64,000 bases of DNA from positions 12,648,001 through 12,712,000 of the forward strand of contig NC_086109.1 of assembly GCF_963921235.1 (NCBI RefSeq), in the 5' to 3' direction. Source of the DNA: Mobula hypostoma. Lineage: Eukaryota. The notes below the pieces were generated by a model. The model worked only from the letters and a program-made list of their open reading frames with translations. It was not told the origin of the DNA and did no database searches. This document shows, one piece after another, positions 1-12,758 of this stretch. Within the stretch, counting starts at the first letter, position 1. Each line of letters opens with the position of its first letter. The translations under genes were made by a program, and so were the position numbers.

Positions 1-714
1 ATTTATGCTCAAAGTCAAGCGGTCTATCATAAAAAATATCTTAGGAAGCAATATTTTTGAAAAAAATTGGCCAGTGCTGAGGAGGTGTCAGTCACCAGCT
101 GCGGAATAAGGAAGGATAATCAGAAACCACATTGATTTACCAACAGACACCTGGCCAGCTGCTCAAATTTCGTCTGTTGCTCCCCTATTGGTTTCCACAA
201 CTGAACAACCACCTAATAGAAACGTTACGTCCAAAAATAAATGTGGACGAACGTAACAGGAAATCTAACCGTGGAACTAAAATGAGCAGCTTAAGTGTCA
301 GAGCCCTGACAATATGGAATGCTTTTACTTCTGTCCAATAACACAAACAATAATACATGGATTTACAGAAATTGTAGATTAGACAGTTAATTTGTTTGCT
401 GGAATGAATACTTGCAATCCAAGGAAAACTTTTCGGCAAAGCGTTGATTGATAAAGTAAAATAAAAAGATATTGCAATGCTGACAGCGTGTGGAAAATTC
501 ACTCATGTAACATCCCCTGCCCATCCAAACAGGATGTGGATTAGATCCACACATGACACCGTTAATTCAGAGCTTGTTCACAGTTTGAGGAGGTGCTGAG
601 CGCACAATCTGCATTTTTTAACTTTAAAAATAATTTCGTTTCACCGGCATAAACTGTGACATGAGTTTCCTTTCAGGTTTGTGGATGTCAGAACTTACGC
701 GGGTCAAAGGTGAC

Positions 715-1215
715 TTGGGACTCAGGTCGGCTGGCATTGACCGGATTCACTGTGAATGCTGAGAAGCGTATATCGGCCGGATGGGACAAGAGTTGTATCC
801 GTTTGGGTTACCGAGAGAAATCGGCGGTAGCAGAACTTTGCATTCGCAATGGCCGTGGGATTTACTTCAACGGCACAAAACTACTGTGTTTTTGGGATCG
901 CTTGGCGAAGGAAGCCATTGAAATAAAACTAGAGAAAAAGAATTTTAACAAAGACGGAAGTCTTTCTCTAATTAAGAACTGGAAATCAATTGTAGCAAGT
1001 TGGAAGAGTGCAAAACTGATTGGATGAGGACTAACCAATCAGGACGGACGGAATACATGAGTATAACTAACACCTGGCTAGACATGACCAGACGAAATAC
1101 TTGAAGAAGATGGTAGAGTTTGTTATCGAAATGTCGGTTATAATCTAAAACTGTATCCGGCTTGAAGCCTGAGAAGAGTTTATTCGTCATGTACGCCGGG
1201 AAAGCACTAGATCCT
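715..1215 (+). mobile_element. Degenerate 3' end of a Penelope-like element (GIY-YIG endonuclease remnant plus pLTR tail)
   Basis: Frames give AGIDRIHCEC*EAYIG (cf. GVYRIPCECG..YIG of PLE GIY-YIG) then CIRLGYREKSAVAELC...WDRLAKEAIEIKLEKKNFNKD (ORF 710-1027). Tail at 1101-1138 (TTGAAGA..GAAATGTCGGTT) is a mutated hammerhead motif. Confidence 0.7.
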
Positions 1216-1749
1216 TTTTTTCTGTCTATACATTTAGAACGTTATGGATTCCATACATTTGGATAGTGCTCCATGTGCACAAAACCTTTACATTGGTGGC
1301 ACTAAACTTCAGTGCACCCTCGACACCCACTGCTAACCTCTACGGTACTGTGCCGTCCCTTGCTCAGCTATTCCCAGGTTTTGCTTTGTTCCAAAATTAT
1401 ATGCAAAAGAAATATTAATTATCATTTTCTAAAAGACTCAGCTCCAATACTTATTCAACATTGGTTATCCTCTCCTTTGTTCCCTTGGTAATAGTGACTG
1501 GGCACCGTCTGGACATCGTTCTTAATTGCATTCAATTATAGGGCATGGTGACTGTCAGCTGGACCAATACATATTGCCTACTGTATGCTCGTTTGGAAAT
1601 TTAACATTGAATGATAATTTCAATGATCAACAGAGATGGCAAGGGGAGCATTAGTTTAGAGCTGATGTTAGACAGTAGCACACTCTTTCATTCTCTGTTG
1701 AAATGTCTGGGTGGATTATGAGTTCAGGTATGGGGTAAGTATACGGCAC

Positions 1750-1900
1750 GGTAACAGTCCCTCCCGACCCAACGAGCCCACACCGCCCCATTGTACCCAT
1801 GTGACCAATTAATCTAGTAACCCACACGTCTTTTGGAATATGGGAGGAAACCGGGTCACCCGGACGAAATCCATGCACTCACGAGGGAGAACATAGAAAG
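1750..1900 (-). mobile_element. V-SINE/HE1-like SINE fragment
   Basis: tgggaggaaaccgggtcacccggacgaaatccatgcactcac matches the conserved SINE core also seen at 57470-57540 and, reversed, at 62620-62670. Confidence 0.5.
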
Positions 1901-2363
1901 AAACATTTTTTTTACCTAAAAGAAGGGGAGAACATGGAACTCATCCCTACAGGGAGTTGTGGGGACAATTAGTATAGATTCATTTAAGGGATGCTGCTCT
2001 TTAATTAAGACAGAAGGGAGTAGAGAAGTAGAGGAGGAATGATTGGAGGATGATTATAGAGAGCAGAAGCATAGGAAAGGATGGATCGACCAAGTGGTCT
2101 CTTTTGCGACACTAATCCATTGTTTCCCTGTCTAATGTTGTGTACTCCTGGATAATAATGTCATCTCACCATGTACCCACCGCTCAGGAGGAGGCATGGC
2201 CTATAGTCGCAATGACTGCCGCGAACCCTTCGGACCAGCGTGGGGCGCTAGGTAGTGGCAGGTTTCGACGCACCTGAGCGTCATACATTTGAGTTTATTA
2301 GCAACACACATCAAAGTTGCTGGTGAACGCAGCAGGCCAAGCAGCATCTGTAGGAGGAGGTGC

Positions 2364-2399
2364 AGTCGACGTTTCAGGCCGAGACCCTTCGTCAGGACT
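2364..2399 (-). ncRNA. Minimal type I hammerhead ribozyme in the inverted Penelope pLTR
   Basis: Reverse complement reads AGTC-CTGACGA-AGG-GTCTCGG-CCT-GAAAC-GTC-GACT, identical to 4021-4056. Confidence 0.75.
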
Positions 2400-4020
2400 A
2401 ACTGAAGGAAGAGTGAATAAGGGATTTGAAAGGGATTCCAGATCTAATCAGTTCCCCTCTACCACCACTCTGCTCCGTCTAGCGGAATTAGTCCTTACTC
2501 TTAATAATTTCTCCTTTGGCTCCTCCCACTTCCTCCAAACTGAAGGTGTAGCTATGGGCACCCGTATGGGTCCTAGCTATGCCTGCCTTTTTGTTGGGTT
2601 TGTGGAACAATCTATGTTCCGTGCCTATTCTGGTATCTGTCCCCCACTTTTCCTTCGCTACATCGACGACTGCATTGGCGCTGCTTCCTGCACGCATGCA
2701 GAACTCGTTGACTTTATTAACTTTGCCTCCAACTTTCACCCTGCCCTCAAGTTTACCTGGTCCATTTCCGACACCTCCCTCCCCTTTCTAGATCTTTCTG
2801 TCTCTGTCTCTGGAGACAGCTTATCCACTGATGTCTACTATAAGCCTACTGACTCTCACAGCTATCTGGACTATTCCTCTTCTCACCCTGTCTCTTGCAA
2901 AAACGCCATCCCCTTCTCGCAATTCCTCCGTCTCCGCCGCATCTGCTCTCAGGATGAGGCTTTTCATTCTAGGACGAGGGAGATGTCTTCCTTTTTTAAA
3001 GAAAGGGGCTTCCCTTCCTCCACTATCAACTCTGCTCTTAAACGCACCTCCCCCATTTCACGTACATCTGCTCTCACTCCATCCTCCTGCCACCCCACCA
3101 GGAATAGGGTTCCCCTGGTCCTCACCTACCACCCCACCAGCCTCCGGGTCCAAAATGTTATTCTCCGTAACTTCTGCCACCTCCAACGGGGTCCCACAAC
3201 TAAGCACATCTTTCCCTCCCCCCCCTCTCTCTGCATTCCGCAGGGATCGCTCCCTACACAACTCCCTTGTCCATTCGTCCATCCCATCCCTCCCCACTGA
3301 TCTCCCTCCTGGCACTTATCCGTGTAAGCGGAACAAGTGCTACACATGCCCTTACACTTAATCCCTTACCACCATTCAGGGCCCCAAACAGTCCTTCCAG
3401 GTGAGGCAACACTTCACCTGTGAGTCGACTGGGGTGATATACTGCGTCCGGTGCTCCCGATGTGGCCTTTTATATATTGGCGAGACCCGACGCAGACTGG
3501 GAGACCGCTTTGCTGAACATCTACGCTCTGTCCGCCAGAGAAAGCAGGATCTCCCAGTGGCCACACATTTTAATTCCACATCCCATTCCCATTCTGACAT
3601 GTCTATCCACGGCCTCCTCTACTGTAAAGATGAAGCCACACTCAGGTTGGAGGAACAACACCTTATATTCCGTCTGGGTAGCCTCCAACCTGATGGCATG
3701 AACATCGACTTCTCTAACTTCCGCTAAGGCCCCACCTCCCCCTCGTACCCCATCTGTTACTTATTTTTATTCACACATTCTTTCTCTCACTCTCCTTTTT
3801 CTCCCTCTGTCCCTCTGAATATACCTCTTGCCCATCCTCTGGGTCACCCCCCCCTGTCTTTTTTCCCGGACCTCCTGTCCCATGATCCTCTCGTATCCCC
3901 TTTTGCCTATCACCTGTCCAGCTCTCGGCTCTATCCCTCCCCCTCCTGTCTTCTCCTATCATTTTGCATCTCCCCCTCCCCCTCCAGCTTTCAAATCCCT
4001 TACTCACTCTTCCTTCAGTT

Positions 4021-4056
4021 AGTCCTGACGAAGGGTCTCGGCCTGAAACGTCGACT
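4021..4056 (+). ncRNA. Minimal type I hammerhead ribozyme in the Penelope 3' pLTR
   Basis: Stem I AGTC/GACT, core CTGACGA, stem II AGG/CCT, GAAA, palindromic stem III ACGT and a GUC cleavage triplet (cut after 4052). This is the known minimal PLE hammerhead architecture. Confidence 0.75.
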
Positions 4057-7000
4057 GCGCCTCTTCCTATAGATGCTGCTTGGCCTGCTGCGTTCACCAG
4101 CAACTTTGATGTGTGTTGCTTGAATTTCCAGCATCTGCAGAATTCCTGTTGTTTGAGTTTATTACAGTTGCTTTGTGACTACTTTCCTCAGTAAGCTGTC
4201 ACTGTGTTCTTCGCGACGCTCGTTGTGTGAACACGGTTTAATTATGCTTCTTTTGATTTCGACCCGCACGGGTTTCGTGTGTTTTATGTTCGATTTAAGG
4301 TTATTCTGTAGCAGCGCTGATCGTGAGATCGTGTATGCCCAAGTCCCGAACAAGAGAGTACTTAGTTTGATTATTCCCTCAGTTGTTCTCCTAATTACTC
4401 TTCATCGTTAATTTTTACTGTTAAAACCTGAGTTTATTCGGTACTCGCGTCCACTCGCCAGAAGAGACTGACAGCGGGACTCAGCCATTACGGACTCGGT
4501 GGAGTTTGATCCATTATTTACAGAATTGGCCTACCAAGGAGAGGCGACTGAGCAGCAAGCGCCACAGCTCTGGGAGATACTTGCATCATTACAGAAGAAC
4601 TCTGAGACCGGTAAGCGGGGTTCCCGTTCCACGGGGATGGATTCTGGTATCAATCATTTGACTAATTGTCCTACTACGTGTTCCCAAAACTACGGTGGAG
4701 AGTCAGTTAACCTGCCAACCCCGGAGCGGTACAATGAGGATTCTGAGTCTTGCCGCGGTGCCACAGGTTCGTAAATCAATGCTCCTTAGTCTTTGAATTA
4801 TAACCATTAAAGTCTATCCCCACCCAGACTTCCGATATAAAAGTTCATTCTAAGAGTGATTAGGGTATTCTTTTATCCTACGGGGGGCTCGGAGGCAACG
4901 AATAGGGCTCCTCCATATGCAGCAAGGAGCGCGATTTTTAGCCGACTACGTATTGCAATGATTTCTGTACCCTAACGGCAGAGGAGAGCGAGTGGAACAA
5001 TAATGTTTTGATGACTCTGTTTAGGAGGGGATTAAATGACGAATTTAAAAACATTATTGGGACCAGGCAGAGGACTTGGAGGAGCTTATGGACGTGGTAA
5101 TAGAGTCAGCGGGCATCTTCCTGGAAGGAGAGAGGAGCTGAATTCACCCGAAGGGCTGGTTCTCAAAACTACCCAAAACCTACCCTGGGTCCTCAGGCGA
5201 TAACCAACGCAAATCACTGCAACCATCTCCGGGAGGACTCGAGCGACTTGGAAGAACCAAGCTCTCCCTAGCGGAGCGGGAGAGACATACGAAACAGAGC
5301 TGTTGCTTACATTGTGGCAAGGCCAGCCGTTTCAGGGTCACCTGCTCCGAATTGTTGGGAAAACTCCCATGACCGTACAGAGGGGAGAAATCAATCGGTC
5401 TCAAATCCCTCTTCCGTTTTAACGAGTCCCAGAGTGATTTTGCCATCCCTATTTTCTTGGATACATCAACATTCTGTGAGAGCCTTGGTAGACTCTGGTT
5501 CGGCAGGGAATTTTTTGGACAATGGACTGGCAAAAGGAATCCAGGCACCTAAGGTACAACTCGACCAGCCCATCTCTGCTATGACCCTGAATGGTAGAAC
5601 AATAGTACTTGGCCAAACCTTTTATCTTTCCGTCGCTCTCTAGTTGAATATTTGAAGGCAAGAGGAAAGGATTCGTTTCCATATTATTCATCCTCCAGAC
5701 GTGTTCCTAATCCTTGGTTACATTTTCATAATCCTTAAAATAATTGGTCTTCTGGCACCATTCAAGGCTAGTCGGCTATTTCTCAGTTTAAGGAAGACCT
5801 GCCCGAGTTTCCGGGCGACCTGCTGTGAACCTTGTCGAGTCACCATTTGAGTTGCTTCCTGACTCCTCAAGACTGAACTTGAACTCAACAGAGTTGCCTG
5901 GAGTGCCTTTAGAGTTCTTGGATTTGTTGGTGTTCAACAAGAAGTGAGCCGCTAAACTGCCCCCCCCCGGCCCCCCGCCCCACAAAGACACTATGATTGC
6001 GTCTTCAGCTTATTACCTGGGTCGTGTCCTCCCTGGGGAAGGTTCTAACCAGTACCCATTTCTACTCATGAACACGCATTTGACCTACTACAAGGAGCCG
6101 CGGTCATCACTAAACTCGACCTCCGGAATGCCTAAAACTTAGTCCGGATCCGAGTAGAAGATGAATGGAGGACGGCTTTCAACACTCCCAGACATTGAGA
6201 ATCCGATGATGCCACTCAATTGCTCCAGCAAGGCTTCACAAACTTCAAGGACGCACTGCCGGAGATGTTAACCACTTTGTCTTTGTTTATTTGGACGGTA
6301 TTCTTATTTTTTCTCGGTCACTTCAGGAAAATGTCCACCATCTACGGAGTGTTCTTGAACCCCTACTAGAGAAGCAACTCGTTGTTAAATTGAAAAGAGC
6401 GAATTTCGCGTCTCAATTTTTTTGAGTTTTGTCACTTCTTTCGGGAATTTACTGATGGATCCCGAGAAGACCCAAGCGGCACGAAATTTGCCACAACCTA
6501 CATCAGTCCTACTGCTCCAACGCTTTTCAGCGTTCGCCAGTTTCCATCATCACTTCATTTTCAATTTCTAGGCATTCGCAGCACGACTTGCCAACCTCAC
6601 TAGAAGATCTACTGTGCATTTCCGTTGGATTCCAAAGGCAGAAGCGCATTCTTCCATCTCAAGAACAGATTTACTACGGCACCTGTACTTGTTTCCCCTG
6701 ATCCGGACCTTGCTTTTGTAGTGGAGTTTGACACCTTGAACATCAGGCGTTGCACTGTCAACATGCCATCTCAGACCAGAAGCTACGCCCATGTGCCGTC
6801 TTGTCCAGCTGCGTCCCTCCTGCCGAGATGAACTAGAGAATCGGGAATAGGGTGTTGCTTGCTGTCCAGCTGGCACTTGGAGAGTAGATGCATTGTTTGG
6901 AGAGAGCCGAACAACCATTTTTGGTTTGGACCAATCATAAGAACCTAGCTTGTTTCCAGAATGCCAAGAGACCGAACTCCCTGCAGGCGTGCTGGTTATT

Positions 7001-7659
7001 GTTCTTCAATAGATTCAATTTTACCATTACCCACAGACTGGTTCTAAGAATCAGAAACTGGACCATCTTTCTAGGCAGTATGAAATGCCAGATAAGGAGG
7101 AAGTCCCAGCAACATTTTCCCCAATTCAAGACTGGTGCTTCCCATTAGATGGGGGATTAATTCCATGGGGCAGACAACTCACGAGGCTGATCCCCGCAAT
7201 GGTCCACCTGGTCATATCTTCAACCTGAGGTGGTCCAGACTAATGTATTAAATTCGGAGCATGCTTCCAACATAGTTGGTCACCTGGGAGCTTCAGGTAC
7301 TCTGGAGTTTATAAAGATGCAGTTCAAGTGGCCAGCAATTCACATCCAAATTCTAGAGGGTATTTTGTCTTTTCATCGGGGCAATATTTACTCTTAGGAT
7401 TCCACCCACAACTAATGGGAAGACGGTGTATCAGGATTTGGAGAGATCCCTGTGGTGTCTGGTCTTGGGAAATCTGACTACATGGAGAAACCATTTTTTT
7501 TGGACAGAATGCATGAGCAACAAATGTTCACTCATTTGTGGTATCCCCTTTCAAATGTCAGTTAGGCTAGTCTACTGCTATTCCTGGAGCAGAAGTTCAG
7601 GATGAGTCTCCCTGCTGCTGATAAAGCATTTAGAAGATGCAGGTGGACATGGCCTAAGG

Positions 7660-8155
7660 CAGCGGTCCCCAACCACCGGGCCGCGGACGCACCAATATTG
7701 CTGAATCAGTGGGAGCCCTGGGCTTGTTTTCCTGCAACAAGACGGTCCTATCGAGGGGTGGTGGGAGACAGCGATACTCGAAGGGGGTTCCTTATGTCCA
7801 GTCTATTCCGCAATTTAGTTTTTGTTGCATTCATTGCAGAGATATGTTGGAAATGGAAGCAACGTTTTCAGTGCTTTCCTGACTATCTCAGGATATTTAG
7901 CCTTGACTTTGATCCGGAATGCTGGCAGAGATGTTATGTCAAACATACTTTTCAGCCCGTCGTCATTTGCAAGCTCGAGGAGTTGATCTCCTTCCCGCGG
8001 GATGACGCGCGGGTAATGACCTCGCGTGCTTTCAAGCTCAACAGTGGGCGTGACAGGGAAGGAGGAAAGGTGCAACTGACTCCTATCGCCAAATCATATC
8101 ATTTCCTCGCGGCCCGGTAGCGCATGCCTTGCAGCCCAGTGGTTGGGGACCGCTG
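7660..8155 (-). mobile_element. Non-autonomous hAT (Charlie-like) DNA transposon
   Basis: TIRs CAGCGGTCCCCAACCA (7660) and TGGTTGGGGACCGCTG (to 8155). Minus ORF 7815-8075 DQLLELANDDGLKSMF..SLPAFRIKVKAKYPEI..KALKTLLPFPTYLC matches the hAT C-terminal dimerisation region. Flanking 8-mers do not match as a TSD. Confidence 0.85.
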
Positions 8156-8165
8156 CTCTACAGGA

Positions 8166-11100
8166 CAGGGTTATCTGATGGGATTTGATTAGCCCGAGAT
8201 AATTCCATTTACAGTGGTCCCACTTGTGAATCTGGTCCTTCTAAATCCAAACTCATTAATAGTCTGAGGGAATGAACTTGCTCGTTTTTTTTTCTCTGCT
8301 GCAAAACAGCAAATTTTACATCAGAAGACAGTGAAGACAAACCTGATTCTGATTCTGAAAGGGGCCCTTTCCCTTTCCAAGGACATCCCAAAGCAATCCT
8401 CAATGGATATGTTTAGAGTTCTACGCTCTTTACTTGACTTACAAAAGACTTTAAGGAAGTGCCAATGGTTGCCTCATGTAAACAAATTGTTCCATTCTCT
8501 TCCTGCATTATTTTATCACTTGAGACCATAAAACCAGAAGATGATAATCCAGGAACATAATTAGGCCATTCAGCCCATCAATCTGTACCACCATTGTATA
8601 ATGGCTGATTTATTATCCACCTCAGCCCCATTCTCCACATAACCTTCGACACCCTTACTAATCAAGAACCACCAACATCCACTTTAAATATTCACAATGA
8701 CGTAGTCTCCACAGCCTTCTTTTTCAATGAATTCCACAAGTTCACCACTCTCTGACTAAAGAAATTCCTTCTCATCTCTGTTCAAAAGGGATGTTATTGT
8801 ATTGAAGCTGTGCCCTTTGGTCCGAGACTCCCCCATGATAGGAAACATCGTCTCCACATACACTCCATCCAGGCCTTTCACTATTGAAGAGGTTTCAATG
8901 AAATTTCCCCCTCATTTTTCTAAACTCCAGCAAGTACAGGCCCAGAGCCATCATGTGTTAACCTTTCTCATTCCTGGGATCATTCCCATGAATCGCCTCT
9001 GGACCCTCTCCGAATACAGCACATCCTTTCATAGCTAGGGTTTTCTAAACTGTTCAACATATTCCAAGTGCAGTCTGACCAATACCTTATAAAGCCTCAG
9101 TTCTTTGATAACTTCCCAAAAACCGACTGGAAAACAGTTTATGATCCCATAGTTGCATTTACAGCTGTGCACAGGATTGGGATTAATTTTAAACACAAAG
9201 GTCAAACGGCCTTTTCTTCATGGAGTTGTTATTGTTGTTCAGTGATCTTGCTGAAACAAAAATGCTGATCTGAAGATATTTTGCATCTCTGCACTTGTTC
9301 TCATCAGCATATTGCACCATGGTTGTTGAGAAGTTTTCCAAGAAGTGATGGGGCAATGCAGGAAGAGGGTAGAACAATTTGTTTATATATTGCATCTACT
9401 GGTACTTCCCTATATTCTGTTTGGTAAGATAAATAAAGAAGACAGAAGTTCTAACCACATCTTTTGCTGAGGGTGAAAATTACACAGATGACAGCAGTGA
9501 CTGATACAACAGAGTCAGCACTCATACTATATCCCAATGTACAGAATTTAAGCAGATATACATTCATGGCTAATATACTGTACCGTTTCCCCATAAAACA
9601 CATGTAACGAACTCAAAGTAACAAAAGCTCTCTATCTATACTGAATTATTTTTATCATTTATCCATTTCTGTACAATGTGAAATTCAGTGTTTATAAACA
9701 ATTGCAAAATCAACAACGAAAATTCAGGACAATATAAATCAGCCACATTCTTGGATCATCTCAACCCTCACACTGCAATGAAATTAAGATTGAACAATGA
9801 AACAACACACACAAAATGCCAGGGGAGCTCAGCAGTCCAGGCAGTTGAACAATTAACATTGTTTAGTTAAACTTCAAGATGGTGCCGATACAGATAATTT
9901 CAGGACATACAGTATGCCAGTGATATGAAACCTGATTTTGATTCTGATTCTGTATTATTTCTCCAATAAGTGTGACATGTGAGAATTGTTATCCTTTGTA
10001 CTGAAGCTCTCTCTGTTACAAGGGGGGCGCTGGTAGCGGACCCAGATGCAAGACACAGACACTGAAGTTCTAGGAACAGGACTAGGTTTGTCAGGAAAGC
10101 AAGGGAAGAAACAATGCTGGACATTGACACAGGCCCTGGACAAGATTAGGATTCAGGGCCTGGGCTAGGACTTGGGCTAGAAGCATGGAACCCGGATGTG
10201 GAACGAGGAACAAGGAGCCTGGACTAGGTACTTGCAACCAGAGCATGGACAAGGACCCGGAACCTGGGTCTTAATTGGGACTCAGAACCTGGGTTTTGAC
10301 TCAGAACCGGAACCCGGGTCTAGGCTAGGACTCGGGACTAGGATCTTGGCAAGGACAGGGTGTGGAACTCCTGCACAGGACGAGGTACATGGACAGGGCG
10401 ACGTTCTTGAATGTGGCTTGGATAGGACGAGGGACTCCTGGACAGGACGAGGGAACTCCAGCACAGGACGTGGCTCTTGAACTAGATTTGGCTCGGCTCT
10501 TGGACTCGGTTTGGTTAGGCTCTTGGGTACGGAGCCCGGACTCCTCCTTGGAGCACAGGGCAGGGATGTCTGCCGAGCACAGGATGAGGAATCTCCAGCA
10601 CTGGGCTGGGCGAGGCACCAGAACTGGATAAGGACACAAAGCTCAGTCTTAGACAAGGCTGGAACACAGCGCCTGGACTTGGTCTTGGAACACAGCAACA
10701 GAGAGCCTTGGATTTGAGCACAGGAACAGCAGACACAGAGTCAGGACTCCTCCTTGGGAAGCACAGGATGTAGGGCTGGGACTTGTACACAGAACATGGA
10801 AACTAAACACTGGGACACAAAGAGACAGTTCCAAACTCAATGATAGATAGTTCCTTCTCTTGGACGGCAAGGCTCTGGTCTCACTCCGGCGGTTGAACTT
10901 GACGAGGTTGCAGGCAAAGGTTTCAGAAAGAAGGGAAGGGAACAGTACAGCTAAAACAATCCCTGGTTTGCAGAGGTATTTATGTGCCAGACCGAATTGA
11001 AAATCAGGTGCCTCAATTAAGGCACCCAACAGAACAAGGGAGAAAACAGGAAAACCCAGAACAAGCATCGATGGACCGGACCGTGAACAGAAATGCAGAC

Positions 11101-11690
11101 TTCACTGACCGGACCATGACACTCCAAGACTTCATCTGCCTCAGGGAATCGCACAGCCTGAATCTGGATAGATCACACTTTGACTAACATTGAAAGATCT
11201 AACCAGGTGAACAGGGAAGCTAGCAACTGAGAATCTGTGCAAAAGTATGCAGAGTTAGGATATGGAGGTGAGATAGGTAAGATAAAAATGTCTTCTCCTT
11301 AGACAAGTGTGACCTGTCCATTTACTTTGCCCTATGATTCTATGAGAAATAGAAACGACAGCGGTTGTCTACTTACACAGACCATTTCCTGTCAAAGTGG
11401 AGTCGAGTTGGTTTAGGAACAGTTCTGATGTGGCTTTTACCCATTGTGAATGTGTAATTCCTTTCAGTAGGTTTCCCCTCACATCTAACTAAAGCAAAGT
11501 GAAATCACATCAGAGCTCTTGAATTTACACCAACGGAGGGAAAAGAATTCAGAAGAGGTGAGCTCTAAAAGTTATTTTAAAGAGTGGGCACAGCCTTCAG
11601 AGAGGGAATGAAGTGAAGTACTGTATGCTGAGTTTCCATGAAAGGCCCCTTCTACATCACACCTATTTCCTACCTCTTCATCTCTGTTCA
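8166..11690 (+). repeat. Segmental duplication unit, copy 1 (blocks A-D of the receptor intergenic region)
   Basis: Shared anchors with other copies: gtggtcccacttgt (8214, 26364, 33754), gaagacagaagttctaaccaca (~9438, 27590, 34478, 44173), ttcaggacaatataaatcagccac (~9723, 28883), aatgaagtgaagtactgt (~11607, 29651, 47131). Confidence 0.8.
10014..11121 (-). mobile_element. Solo LTR (Gypsy-type) with internal tandem repeats
   Basis: Minus strand begins TGTCATGGTCCGGTCAGTGAAG and ends ..TTGTAACA. Its 5' end resembles the solo LTR at 19076. It interrupts gaagctctcctcagac, which is uninterrupted at 29224 and 46614; the TSD is imperfect. Confidence 0.8.
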
Positions 11691-11699
11691 AAAGGGATG

Positions 11700-12722
11700 T
11701 CTCTGGGGAACTAAGATTGCGTCTGTCCTCTCTGCCCCGGCCAGTGATTCTGCCGATGTTGGGCAAACATGCTGCCGAAGGCGTTTACAAAAGTGCGGAG
11801 GGCAAGCTCTTCCTGGGCTGCAGGAGGGAACTGGCGGTAGCCTTGCCGAGTACAGTGGCTGTGATCTGCTGCAGGGGCCCCCAAGCTTTCTCCGTACTGC
11901 CCCGTCTGTGGCACAGTTCTTCCCTCATTGCTCGAAACAGCGCTCCAGCACTGATACAAGGGCCCGGTAGTCATGCTGCTTGGCTAGCGTTAGGTCGATG
12001 AGGGCTCACAGGGACTACCCCTCCAGCACCACGGAAAAGTGCACAGCCACCTCGGCGGGCTCTATCTGTTGTGCCATGAGGCAAGTTTGACTTGCTCCGG
12101 GCGGCTGGACTGTTGTATTTGGGGAGCTCCAGGGTTGATCTTGTGGCGCTAATCGTTGAGGCCCTTTGGTCTTCCTCTTGCTCCAGCAGCATCTGCCTCA
12201 TGCCCATCCTCCCATGGCTACGACGTCTTGCGTTCCCTGGTGCGGGTCGTGACAGAGGTGGGTGTTGTGCTCCGCCGTGTCCGCCAGGTTGGGTTGGCTG
12301 GTATGCTCTCTCCGTCGGGGCTCCCTGGGAAGGCACGAAGCTCGGTTCCCAGGTCCTCCCTGGGGTCTCGTCTCATGAGCCCCGTATGGGGCAGGCATAC
12401 TGCTCGGTCCTGGACTTATTACGCGTGTCTTAAGGCACTCTATACAATGTCGTAGCCCTTCAATCTCATTGTCAATTTCGCATCCCACTCCTGATACCAA
12501 TGTGGCGAACATTTGGTCCACAATGACAGACGAGGAAACTCATTGAACTCAACAACCATTGTATTGTTATAAACCCAAAACAGACCAGGAACCATGACCC
12601 GGAGAGTGATCCCACCAGTCTCATACAGATGGTGGAGGTAACCATCACACACCCCCATTGCAGTTAGGGTGACCCACAAATACACAAGCAAATAACTGTA
12701 TAATCCAAGCTAAAATGTAACA
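11700..12722 (-). mobile_element. 5' part of a Gypsy element (LTR, PBS, gag), truncated
   Basis: Minus strand: TGTTACA..GCCACA LTR (12722-12501), PBS TGGTATCAGGAGTGGGAT (12499-12482), then gag-like EVAVHFSVVLEG..VLERCF and GESLGAPAAD..RQGYRQFPPAAQEELALRTFVNA. Confidence 0.75.
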
Positions 12723-12758
12723 ATAAAAGAACTGGAACTTCCCACCATATTGATTATG

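Larger units (their letters stand above)
2301..4151 (+). mobile_element. Penelope-like retroelement, 5'-truncated with inverted 5' pLTR and 13-bp TSD
   Basis: RT QTEGVAMGTRMGPSYACLF..RYIDD (ORF 2317-3300) and GIY-YIG GVIYCVRCSRCGLLYIGET (ORF 3401-3727), broken by one frameshift (~3220) and a TAA (3359-3361). 2300-2432 is an inverted copy of 3988-4120. TTTGAGTTTATTA is duplicated at 2288-2300 and 4152-4164. Confidence 0.95.
2172..7400 (+). mobile_element. Degenerate, 3'-truncated Sushi-like Ty3/Gypsy LTR retrotransposon; its 5' LTR is interrupted by a Penelope element
   Basis: LTR ends ...GACTGACA at ~4473. Gag SVNLPTPERYNEDSESCRG; CCHC-like knuckle at ~5290-5350; protease VRALVDSGSAGNFLD (ORF 5314-5643); RT ITKLDLRNA*NLVRIR..EWRTAFNT and LDGILIFS at ~6100-6320; RNase H FTTAPVLVSPDPD / VWTNHKNL / [11 protein letters not shown]; integrase Zn-finger GHLGASGTLEFI..FKWP at ~7260-7340. 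Many stops and frameshifts, no 3' LTR; LTR start uncertain. Confidence 0.85.

Noticed and set aside
1239-1378. Possible exon TLWIPYIWIV..NLYGTVPSL between AG and GT signals
   Set aside because: Weak donor, no homologue in the window, and only a chance-level resemblance to the decayed TM exons.
7652-8163. 8-bp TSD for the hAT element
   Set aside because: The flanks GCCTAAGG and CTCTACAG do not match, so no TSD is claimed.
8325-8375. Acidic SEDSEDKPDSDSE frame in block A
   Set aside because: The frame is not conserved across copies, and ctgattctgattctga is a common LINE 3' tail motif in this window.
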